From: Phoronis australis
Lineage: Eukaryota > Animalia > Phoronida
DNA length: 64,000 nt
Direction: 5' to 3'
Assembly (NCBI GenBank): GCA_002633005.1
Contig: NMRA01000011.1
Coordinates: forward strand, 1,928,477-1,992,476
Below are positions 1-12,300 of the stretch, piece after piece. Position numbers and translations under genes: made by a program. Position 1 is the stretch's first letter. Every line of letters begins with the position of its first letter. A model generated the notes under the pieces. It saw nothing but the letters and a program-made list of their open reading frames with translations. It did not search any database and was not told the DNA's origin.

Positions 1-172
1 CCCTTCCTTCTCCAATCACGCCCGTCCACCTTCATTCCTCCCTAAAGCTTCATTCCTTTAATTCCCCGATCATTCCGTATCTTCTTTCTTCATTCCCTTC
101 TTCATTCCCTTCGCTCTTCCTTCATTCCCTCATATCCTCGTTCACTACACTTCCTCTATCGTTCCCTCTCCC
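1..172. repeat. Pyrimidine-rich low-complexity (CTTC/CATTCC-like) tract
   Basis: Degenerate ttcattcc/cttc units, almost no G; intronic upstream of the exon at 272. Confidence 0.7.
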
Positions 173-271
173 TTAAACCAAAACTGATTTAGCTGGAAGG
201 ACGTCGCGTTCTTTATATTATTTGTCTTATCTCCTCACCTCAGATATTCAATTTATAAACATATATTGTAG

Positions 272-332
272 GTTTTTCTAAAAGCTCTGGAACGTACTGG
301 TTTGCACCATCTTGTTCAATTACTTGAGAAAG
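272..332 (+). CDS. Exon, CARD-like helices 5-6 (phase 0 to 1)
   Basis: tgtag|GTTTTTCTA...GAGAAAG|gtaagt; 61 nt; VFLKALERTGLHHLVQLLEK. Confidence 0.75.
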
Positions 333-3300
333 GTAAGTCATTCCAAACTTTATCATTCCACTTGCAGGAACATTAAAAACGCAGATTTAACGTGCGCTAG
401 TGTTTTTTCACCCTTTACAATCGTCACATTTCTTCTCTTACTGTTCCAAACACGTTTGTATTTCAGAGGAAGAATCCTTGACTTTAGCCAAACAGGCCTC
501 CAGGTTTACGATGCATATTTTTTGTTCAGGTTCAGGTACGTGGTTTTCGTAAATAGTAAAAAATATCCTAACCATAGTATTCAGATAACCGTAAGTAGAA
601 AGCAAAGAAAAAATGCTAGTCAACTAATTAGTCGAGTCGAAAAATGGCCCCCCGTGCACCCCCTGAACTTCAACTTTTAAGTTGTACTTTTGCAAAGAAA
701 AATATGTGTGAAAAAAGATGTTGACAAGCCGAAAAAGTGTCCCACGTGCGTTTTTATGCAAATTAATGCCGCCATTACCGATTTTTCGTTATTTCATGAT
801 ATCTCACTTTCTTATTCTTGTAAATGAACAAATCAAGTGTTAAAACCCATATTTTGAGGGTCAAGCATTACGATGGAATAATTTTCTTCATAATCTATTA
901 CATCTAATTTGTATTATACGGTTACTTACAGTCAATACTACATTGAAAGTGTACATAAGCCAATACAAACACTGAATGTGCAACTTTCAGTGTTTATATA
1001 AATCAGCTCTTTAATGAGCCAATTTTCAAGAAATGTTTTAAGTATTTCAAGGAAAAAAACGCCGGAAAATTATTGCAGAAATATGGACAATCATTAGGTG
1101 TTGATGTCACTGATTACATTTTTCTAACACTCCATGTCACTTTCACTGCTTTCCGTGAAGCTTCCATACAACCCTCCACTTTCCTCTTCTGTGTCCACTT
1201 CACAAACATTGGTGAGCAAGAATCAATCAGTGAGTTTTGTAAGATAGCCCAACACGACCACACAGGTTGTACCACCCTTTCGTCAGTCCTCATCCACCCT
1301 TGTCCTTCGTCACAAGGTTTTGGCTGCTCATTTATAGGTTCGAAAGCACGCTTGTACAAGGTGATACGGTGATTTACTCGTTGGATGTGAGTTTTCAGTG
1401 CAGGCTGGCACGATGGAAGTTGAGCAAGGTCAATCTTGGACTTGTGATGATTTCATCTTCATCAACTCTTTTACGTAACATCTTGGCACCAGTAGCATAT
1501 TTCGATGACTCACGACTCTGACCGCACATGAGGCAGTTGAACTCATCCAACTTACATCCGAATCAACGTCAGGTTGCCTGAATGCAAGGTGAAATTTTGG
1601 ATTCTTTTCTAGTTTTTTAAGGGGACCCAACCTTTCCTTTACGTTTAAACGCACAGGTGCAATCTTCTCCACTGTATACGTAAAATCCAAGTAGAGCTTC
1701 ACAGTAGTCTTTTCCCAAGGATTTTGCTAGGTCGGAGAGATTCAGTAGTCGCGGATGTTTTCCAGACCCTTTATCAAGATATAAAGTCAACTTTATAGCG
1801 TGCCTGCAGCAGAATGACAGATATCAGTGTCAGGGATTCGGACGAAGTCGTTTCTGTACCAAGTGTGGCAGCGTACTGGAGGTTACTGTAGATATATGGG
1901 ATCTCCTGAGAATGAACCGGAAACATCAAATGACTTTTATATTTACATTATGACATCGCAAATTAGTTAAGTAAGAAATAATCAGAAAGTTCTGTTCAGG
2001 AAAAGATTACAGACTTCATCGCCGCAACATGCCCGTCTACAACCAGGATGGCCATCTCAGTTTTCTTCTACCTGGAAACTGCCTTCTACCTGGAAACTGC
2101 CTTCTCACCACCCCAGATTTGCAGTAACAGTTGACAGAGTTGCTTTTTTGTCATCGTGTTCAAGAAAATTTTTGAAGTCATATGGCTTTTGTGTAGCTGG
2201 TCCAACCAAAATTATTTTCTCTGAACTGCCACGTCACAACCGCTCCTGGCTTTGAGAGACTCAGGGTGGTAGCTGTCAGTTGAGAACAAGAAGTGCTTCT
2301 TCGACACCATTTGATCAAGTACTTGTAAACAGATATTACCACATGTTGGCGGGAGATTAGCTAACGTATGGAGAAGTGCAAAACCATTTTGGATGAACAG
2401 ATCATCCTCAGAATGTCTTATGACGCAATGTCGTTCAGAAGATAATGCAAATGGAGGCTTTGTTGCTTTTGGAAAAAATGCCTGGTGTTCCAAGACTATG
2501 GGGCACGGGTATCAGGCAGGACTTCATGATTTCTGGCATGTTCAATGGCTCACCCAGTGTCTGGGATTTAACGGATTGTTCTAAAACCCCTTCGACACCC
2601 ACGACCCCCTCAACCCACAACCCCACGACCTGTAGCAATAGATGCATCTGCGTTTTTTACACATTTCAAAATCGCATGGCGTCTCGGAGCGACTTTCCCA
2701 TGAGACTTACCTGCACGAGAATTTGATCTAACTCAAGTCTGATGGTTAAAACGGAAAGCAGCGTAAGAACATGACCTGATATAGAGGATTGTGAGCGTGC
2801 TATTTTTTGTCATGAAAATAGTTCCACGAGTACCTACCAATGGCCTTATTCTACTAAACTTAGGGAGATAGTACATAATTTCATATTTTTATTGTTTTCT
2901 GTTGTATACTCAACTATTATTAAAATGTCATGGTCTGTTTACATCCGACCTCTTGTCTATTACGACGTTTCGGTCGATCAGGTGCTGGAGTCAAATTATC
3001 TGTAGTTTCAGAAGTCGTGGGTTCAAACCCTGCCTCGAACAAAAAATCACACCCTGATGAGTGTACCACATATCCGTGCTCGCTCTTCTAAGAACGCAGG
3101 AACACCTGACGATGGCCGGAGGATAGACCGACCGAAACGTCGTGACAGTGTAAATAGACAAAAGGTCGGTGTAAATAGACCAAGAGATTTTAATAATAGT
3201 TGTAACACGCCACCCCCTCAGAACAGAAAGTCATGTCGTATACTCGTTTACAATATACTACATCAAACTGAGATACTTTTTAGTTAACAGTTTGTTTTTG

Positions 3301-6300
3301 AAACTGTATTTACTGAAGAAATTACATATTCAGGGTTCCTCGCACTCCCCCAAAAACTTGAATCTGCCATACATCGAAGAGCAGACGATACGATTACACT
3401 CTTCTGGGAACGACAGTTGTAACGTTGTTAGGTCTTTGATTTGATTTGGTCGAGTTGTTTTTTCTGCTTTTGGCTTTCATACTTGCGAAATCGACTTTCT
3501 TAATTGCAAAAAAGTCAGAAAAAGCCAGCTGAGCTCACGGCCAGACTCGATGGTCCTTTTAGTCAGCGCTTGTTCTATGTTCAGATCGAATCGAGCTTAT
3601 TTAAACTGGGCCGAGGGGGTTGTGTGCCGTGGGTAGAGGAGGTCGTCACTGGGGTGCGGGTTGAGAGGGTTTTAGAACAATGCGGATTTAACAAGGAGCG
3701 TGAATCTGGGACAGCTCTCGGCTTGATACTGGGCAACCTATAACAAAATGATATATCTCACACGCTTGTGGAGAAATGAAATGAAAATTTAAATAAAAAG
3801 ACGTCACTTAATAATTATATTAATAAACTTAGTAATTCATTTTGGCTCAGCTATTATTACCTTTCTTTGTGAAGATGGCTGCCATCTTTGGTTTCAGTTT
3901 TGCTGCAGAAAATGCACTCAGGTGGGAAAACGAGCACGATGGTGCACGATATTGATAGTTTATGGGGCGAATGGTGCTCTTGGCAGTTTTGTGCCTCTGG
4001 GCCTTCCCTGTCCGCCAAGCGGTGAAGTTTGACAGTGAAATGTTCATAGTTTTGTCTGTGATAACCCATTTTCTTGCAATTCACTTGGAAGAACAGAAGG
4101 AATCTGATCACACACGGATTGTATACAATGTGGAGGATCATATGGCTGTTGGAGACGTTCGTCCCGAATTTCATGAAGCTGCTGTAGTTTTTCGCTTGCT
4201 GTTCCTCTGACATTGCTTAAGATTGTAAAATTGCCTTGTTCATTTATAGAGTCTAAATGGAGAATACACATGGGTAGAGAGTGCTTTTCTTTGATGTCAG
4301 TAGATAAGCTTCAACCTCATTGTTTTCTTATAGGGAGGATTTTTGCATCTGCGTCGATAGCTGCCTTAATATCAAATGCAGTCCAATTTTCCCTGTCCCC
4401 AGCATTGCATTTGCGTCGATTGACATACATGGCAACAGGCCACTTGTGTATTTTGATGTTAGTTTGTATTCAAGGTGTGTTTTACATGTACTTCTAAACC
4501 TTTGGACTGCAATGTCACAGTTTGTTTTCATGGATGGGTCAACCTCAAAGTCCTAAATTTGGATACAAATAGAAAATTTTCATGTCCCACACAATACTTT
4601 TGCTCCATGTGTTCAGTGTTTTATACTTGTACCATGTAAAAGATAGCGTTTAGCACTTACTTGTAGTTCTAATTTAATGTTTGACCCACCAAATATATGT
4701 CCAGACACTTGGTTCTTTCAATTATATGAAATAGTCGGCGACATATTGCGAAATAACGCAAAATCGGTAATGGCGGCACTAATTTTCATAAAAAACATAC
4801 GAGAGACATTTTTTCAGCTTGTTAACATCATTTTTCCGTTTTCCCACATATTTTCCTTCATAAAAATTCAACTTACAAGTTGAAGTCCAGGGGATGCACA
4901 GAGGGCCATTTTTCGACTAGACTAAATTAAAGCCACAGCGGTACCCTTACGATACTTAAAAGTTGACTTTTCTTCTTAGAACAGTGTGATATCATTTCGA
5001 AAATCTATAGGTCTAAATGCACCGACCTCTAACCAATTTAAATAGGTGCGTTCCGGATTACACAGCGACACTTGCCTCTCGCTGTATTAACCCACAATGT
5101 CATAAACATCCGTCGGGGACATTTGCGCCCTCATTTTCGTGCCATTCGATTTTCACAGGTTATTTGTTGTTGTCTGATTATTTACATTAATTTTTCTCTC
5201 GGTGGAATTAGTCTATTTTTCCTTCCAATGCCAACGAAATATTACTGATGTGCTGTGGGCTGCAACTCCGACGTAAGAAAGTTTGATAAAATATAGAAAT
5301 ACCCGTGGATGAGTGGCATGAATTTCTCAATGATAGACACGAAAATGTGCCTGATGTCCAAAACGAGGTAACGCGCTGTCTTATATCCGGGACAAAGGAT
5401 AGTTCTATCGCGGTGTAATCCAAGACGACGTTTATGTGGAACATATCTCCGTCGTCTTCAGATATGTGATTCACGTGATAGTGAATGATGCGCAAATCAT
5501 ACCGACAAGTTACAATGTACGATTCTGCAGTAATGATTGTTCATTCTTTTTTCGGTGAACAACTCGGAGTACAAGCGGACGAAGGTCCATCAAATGGACG
5601 TATTTATAAAAACATGAACACACGTATTTGGAGACCAACGACAAGTTTTTGACAAGATATTGTGTAGCACAAATAGCCAAACAGGACAATCGTCTGTTGG
5701 TTTCATTAATCTCATTACTCGGTTAAAATTTTCAACTTCAAAAGAGTTTGAGCAAAACATTTGATGTAACTTGCATATACTATGTTTTCAGGGAATAAAG
5801 TAAGCCCTGCCAAGGAAGGTAAGACTGATGGTGTAACCAAGAGTTTGTAGTTGTTTAAAGTGAATGTACAAAATTTGAGATTGTTTTAAATCCCCTTCAA
5901 CCCCCACACCCCTCGACGCACGACCCCCACGACCCACGTCCCCCTCGACCCACCACTTACAAGCCGGGTTCGGCTCAGTCTGTCTGGTTATCGACTCACC
6001 TTTGGGTTTGCCTTGTCTGTAAATCTATACCTCGTGTACAAACCGTCATAATTAGCAGCAGACAATCACACGATTTNGGTCCATCAAATGGACGCATTTA
6101 TAAAAACATGAACACACGTATTTGGAGACCAACGACAAGTTTTTGACAAAATATTGTGTAGCACAAATAGCCAAAGAGGACAATCGTCTGTTGGTTTCAT
6201 TAATCTCATCACTCGGTTAAAATTTTCAACTTCAAAAGAGTTTGAGCAAAACATTTGATGTAACTTGCATATACTATGTTTTCAGGGAATAAAGTAGGCC

Positions 6301-9300
6301 CTGCCAAGGAAGGTAAGACTGATGGTGTAACCAAGAGTTTGTAGTTGTTTAAAGTGAATGTACAAAATTTGAGACTGTTTTAAATCCCCTTCAACCCCCA
6401 CACACCTCGACGCACGACCCCCACGACCCACGTCCCCCTCGACCCACCACTTACAAGCCGGGTTCGGCTCAGTCTGTCTGGTTATCGACTCACCTTTGGG
6501 TTTGCCTTGTCTGTAAATCTATACCTCGTGTACAAACCGTCATAATTAGCAGCAGACAATCACACGATTTGACATTGCAACGCTGCTCGAAATTTTCCAA
6601 TAGTAGAATTGTTGTTATCGTGAGTACTTTTCATACATGTGAGAATCATACATGGATGTCAACCAACTAGTTAGGTGTGAATGTCACTACTGCCACACCT
6701 TGTGGTCAAATTGTGAGACAAGGAGACAGCTGGTGAGTTGGACTAAGTCAAAAACCATGCAATGCTCCTGCTGGACAAATGGTAATCGATCAGAATCTTA
6801 CATGGATGTCGATTATAAAAAATAACTGTTCGTGGACAAGTATTTCGGAGCGAGCGAAAATTCGAAGAAGTCCACACGGAGTTCACCTTCTCCTGGCAAA
6901 TGACAACACCACTGATGCGATATGTTCATGTACAACCAAAGCTGGGTATTTGCCTTAAAGTTAAATTATCTGTAATATGACAGGGATTTCAGAATTTTTC
7001 GATCAGTGAATATTCACCGATATTTTTATTCGGCCGTCTGCTAGATTCCGCAAATAAAAAGTATGTCCCAACTGGTTGAACCTACCCCGACTAAAGTAGG
7101 TTGAGTCGATAGCATTGTTTACGCTTGCCTAAGCTTATAACGAAATGTTTCATTGTAAAATTCAGGTTCATAGCTCAGGTACACGCTCATCTCGTCCTAG
7201 GCAAGCAGTGAGCTCCAGTAGGTTTGGGGCTGTGTGTAAGTCAAATTAATGCATTGCCGTAATTGCACCAAGACATTTAAGTTAGACGTACTTTCTGGTG
7301 AACTTCGTATTTTTTGTAGTTCCATTGCATCAAGGCAGCTTTCAGATAAATTTAAACGTAGCATGGTCTCAAAGCTTTGGTTTGGTTACAAAAGATGACA
7401 AGCCCGGTGCAGTAGCAAAAATGGCTATTTAAAAATAACCCGAATTCTTTTTGTACATCCATAACTCTAAATGACATGTTCAAACAACTTCAAAATGACC
7501 TCTATCTAGCTTCACAGGCGAAGTGTATACTACAGAGTCTCGTCAAAAAGTAATTAAATTATTTATTTTTTTCGTGACAACCTCTCGAATGCTGAAGCAA
7601 TAGGTTAGGCATTGAAAAAAGGTAAAAGGTCAACAAGATTTTCAACAAAGGTTAAGAACTTTCTGACGAACATATTCGATGAAGGAGATAAGTCAGGTAA
7701 AAACGTTCACCCTCAGAAGTGCCAAAATGGAGAAAACATTACGAGAACCCACTGGGAAAGTGTTTATCTGTGATATTAAGTGAATCGCAGATTGGTGGAT
7801 TTTTTGAGGTTGTCTGCAGCAATGTTTATGACGATGCTATTTCTGCTGAAGATTCTGTTATGTCGTCAGATTTACTGAATGAAGTGGTAAATGAGCTCAA
7901 CGTTTAGCCTGGTTTTGTAGCATACCAGTCAAAGATGTGTGATATATGAAGTCGAGACCGTTACTTCTGTTAACTTCATGTCTGTCATGAATGAGTCATT
8001 AATAAAATTGTCTCTCGTGAATTGTTTTCTATTGACTGTGAATGTGTACCTTTTTATACCACTGATGATCACACTGGCAGAAATATTCAGCGTTAAGGTG
8101 CCCCGTGTGTGGGGGGAACACCAAATTTCTGGCGACTGGTGGCGACTAAAATTTCTAGCAACCAGCAGGGACATTACAATATGAACCCAAAGTTACAATG
8201 ACTATTGACAAGTTTAAGGAGTTTTTGCACTGAACACTAGGGGGGCATATCCACCTTGGGTGCCTTCCTTTGCCTGTGGCACGAACAAGGCAGGCATGAC
8301 TTCATTAACACTGGAACCTCTCTAAAATTTATCCAAAACCACGTATTCTGATTTAAAATGCAGGGCAATGTCTCGCGAAGTCTTGAATTATAGCAAAGTC
8401 CTCGCGTTACTGCTCTTATTCTAGATGCCTCTTCAGCCTCCACGTAAACAAAAGCAGCGCCATCTATCATTTAGAACCACGCATGCCAGTTGATTTACGT
8501 TACGAGGCAAGATTTTTTATTTTAGATTATGATCTGGTTAGGAATAAATGAACAAATTATTATAAAGTCAATTTCAGGAAAGGTGCGTTATGGTTGCTAC
8601 AGAGTTCCAAATTTGGCCGAAAGTGGCCTTAGTGAAAACCTGAAAAATAGCCGTTTTTGCCTCACAAATTCAAAACGTACAAATTTTAAAATGGATTTTG
8701 AAAGTTATGCCATTGAATTATTCAGCAACTGCCCTTTTAATTCGTATCATTCATTTGTTATGACCGTACCACACATGCTAGTAAAAGGCTTTCAAACATG
8801 CCTACTTCGACACCCAATTTTGTTGCAAAATGGCGGTACAGGTCATAAAAAGAAAAATAATCAATGAAAATTCTTAAAAAGAGAGATTTTTCTACATCTC
8901 AACAAACCAAACTCATGTGCTAAGTTTCAAAAAATCGGTGATTTTGGCTATAGACTCTACCTGCTGGTTGTTATATGGAGTCACTCTTAAAATGTTGCTA
9001 CTTTTTTCATTTTAGAAGCAGATTCAGCTGCGCCAACTGGAAATATTCACGGGGAAGATGAAGAAGAAGAAGACGAACATAGTACGAGTAAATTTAAAAT
9101 TTAACAAACCCACTATCCGACGAAAACAAACTTTGACTTGCACCACCAGCCGTAAAAGACTCCTCATCACTTAATTAAATTTCTCCACCTGGGAAGAACT
9201 AACAGTTTGTCATATGGTGTGTAAGAATAATAAATCTTACTTATATTGGACAACGCGCTGATTTATAATCGTCAAATGTAACGATTTTTTCAACGTATTG

Positions 9301-12300
9301 GCTTGCTTGTGCCTACGTCACTGTGAGAATCGCATTTTAATTCAAACAACTGCGAATAACACCTTCACGCAATGGTGTCCTATTTAGGCCCTTATTCAAA
9401 ACAACAGTTATCGGTCTTTTGTTGTTTTGCCTGGAAATTCTCAGTGACGCATTATGGCACGAAAAGGCAGCTTTTAGTTGATTACCTATCACTTTGAGGG
9501 GCCTACATTTGCTAAGGCTTTGCTAGGACTACCTAATTAGCTCAATACATCTAAAATAACAAAATTCCGTTGAGGTTAGACTTTAATCTTCCGGTGGCCC
9601 TAATAGGTCTAGCACAGTGTAGACCATAGTTCAAATCCCGGTGGGGAGACCTTTTGAGAGTTAATTATCGGTAACGTGAAATGACCAACGAAGGGGTTGT
9701 AAAAAGACATACAATTGCTACCGGCGTTTTGGAGTGTATTGAGCATAGAATTAAAGTTTCATATGGATCAGGTCATTAAGCAATTTCTGAGATATGTTGT
9801 CTCGAAGCAAGCCAAATTTAAGTTTTTCTCAAACCCTATTCACGAAAATTTGTCATTTTTACAAGATTTCACATATGTAAAGCTAAATAGCTTATCTTCA
9901 TTCTCGCGGAGCTTTAAATAATAAATATATACCGTGTAGCGAGAAAAAAGATGTAGGAGAACACTCTTGAAACCGCACAACTGCGTGGAAATTTGTTTAC
10001 TACTTATCCGAGGTCGAAGGGTTCAGGGCTGTCACTAAAATTGAATCTCCAGCCATCAGATACAGGTCAGCTTTGAATGTACTTACAGTCCTTTCATTCA
10101 CCGAGTCGCCGTATTATTTAGTCAACTAAGTATACATGTGATAGAACGCAGGTTTGACCCTGAGGGAGATATGCGTCAACATGCAGTCTTGGACTTGGAC
10201 TTCTGGCGGTTCTAAGGGGCCAAAAATTCATTTGAGGAAGATTTTGAATGCATCGTCCCTTTCAATTCCGTTTCATTCCAAATGAGCCCCCAAATTAAAT
10301 TGAATCAGCTCAAGACATTAAAATGTATGTTGTTATTAATTAAGGCACCCCTAACGACCTATTAACAATTTATCTAAATTTTCAACCGTAACAAAAATCG
10401 TTCTTGAACATCATATCCTCAACGCATTGCATCAGTCAAAGTTTTTGTACTTCCTATTTTACACAAGTTCTTTTTGAAGGTCCTCATATTCCTCAGCTCC
10501 AAACGCCCCGGGATTTTTTCAAACCCCAGGAAAGTTATAGGTATGGTACCCTGTGTTAATAAGCTATAATTTTTGCAAGAAAATGTTGGTTCCCACTTGA
10601 AAGTTTAAATTAATTGTAATATGGTCATTGATGAGTAGGTGTCTTGTTTAATGATCGCAGGTATTTTTAAGTTGTATCAGTTTAATTTGTCCAGTGCAAG
10701 CAAGAACCAATTATGTGTAATAGCCCGACCATAAAGTCTAGTAAACATGTCTGCTGTACAGAGAATTTTAAGAATGCTTAAACAAATTGGTTAAAATTAA
10801 ATCATACGGTGGTATTCAACTGGAAAATACAGCATAGGAAGTAATAAGCAAAAAACTACAAATATTGATTTCGGATTTAAGACATACGACCGTGCGTAAT
10901 GATATACTCGAAGGATTTACAAACGCTGATCATAATTAGCAATACCACGTGGTTTATTCTTTTAGTAACTACATCACGACAAATAGGAACAAGACACGAT
11001 GATGACCAAATTAGGTGACAATAATTTTTAAGACAGTGCTTATCGCCCAGTTGTGTCGAACTACTTCATTCGACGAGTAGCTCGCTGTAAGGAAACTATG
11101 ATATTTGGAATCAGCTGGCACTGAAGCAAGTGTCGTATTACTATGTCTGTGTTTACATGCGAGCTAATAACTCTGGTTAGCTTCAAAGTCAATAGTAAAA
11201 TCCAAGCAAAATGTGATGTGGGTTGGTGGGTGAGTTTCAATGACGATCAAAATCTGCCGCTAATTTGGCACTTAAAGTTTGGAAATTAAATCAAAAGATA
11301 GTAACTCTGCAGGAAACAAAACAATATTGAAGTAGACTGAAGCAATAGAAATAAACGAAGAAAACCATAAACAGTATTTAAAACTAACTGTTGTTTAGGC
11401 AATGGCCGGATTTAGGTGAAAATGTCATTAAACTCGTACTTTAGACATTTTAAGCTGAAATTCTGTGCAAATGTCAGAGCGAATCAATTATGTTGGTCTT
11501 TTAACAATCATCACTACTAAGAAAGTAGTGCTAACGAAGACATTTCACTTCATTAGGTTGAATACCAAGGACGTGCTGAATAGGCATTATAAATGTTGCT
11601 AAGCGAGGGTCAGCGGTAACCAGTCTAAGTGTGAAATGCCCCACATCAGACAACGGGAATCAATAAGGTCTCTCGTTTCGCCCTTGCTAGCCTATGCAGT
11701 TCAGCTGATTTGTCGAATTTCAAATTTCAGAAACGGAAAGTCACCGAGATGCTACATCTCTGAAACCCGAAGAACGCAGAGGAAGTAGAATTGGTAATAT
11801 GAGCAATATTTGAAAATGCACTGTTCCTACTTCAGGCAAATTGAATTTCTGTCTGTCACATGTGGAATCCAACAATTCTTTGCTCTCATTACTCTGGGGA
11901 GTGCCAACATGAACAGCCCGCTATTTATGCGCAGGCCCAATAGGCCGGTCCGATTGTACGAAACAACTGATTTGAAACTCATGAGAGCTCTTTTATATAT
12001 ATATTGTCATTAGGCTCTTGCAAGGGAAGTTGCACTAGTCTGCATCCATTTAGGCCAAATTCGTGTGCTATTGGTGTTCGGCATTATCAACTAAGTTTCC
12101 CGCAAATAGCGTCCATGGCCAGCACTGCTACCGTTGGTGTGGTTACTTGTCTTCACAAAGGATCAGGGATTTTCCAGAGCTGGTCGGAAAATCTCACGGT
12201 TACTTCTGCCCCAGTACAGCAGGAATCACTGTTATTCCACAGCAAATGCCCGATGCACAAGTTGCTGTAGTCGGTAAACCTACCCTATGAAATAGGGTAA

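Larger units (their letters stand above)
2573..3683. mobile_element. Non-autonomous Mutator/MULE-like element nested in the Academ
   Basis: TIR G(G/C)ATTGTTCTAAAACCC with C-rich subterminal repeats; perfect 9-bp TSD GGATTTAAC (2564-2572, 3684-3692). Confidence 0.75.
629..4924 (-). mobile_element. Academ-superfamily DNA transposon, degenerate, intronic
   Basis: Long imperfect TIRs (~180 bp) starting TAGTC(G/T)AGTCGAAAAATGGCCC, TAG...CTA termini, 3-bp TSD AAT (626-628, 4925-4927). Broken minus-strand transposase motifs: LPSCQPALKTHIQRVNH...GQGW...PVW (1240-1440) and VPHSLG / IQNGFALLH / FSTDSYHPESLK (2240-2560). Confidence 0.85.

Noticed and set aside
5584-6570. Tandem duplicate of the 27-nt exon (Ser/Gly variants) as a real mutually exclusive pair
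   Set aside because: The copies abut at a single N and differ by about 1.4%, typical of two alleles overlapping at a contig join.
11313-11373. Additional linker exon (ctgcag|GAAAC...gtattt)
   Set aside because: In-frame TAG in phase 1; at best a decayed or terminal exon, not supportable.
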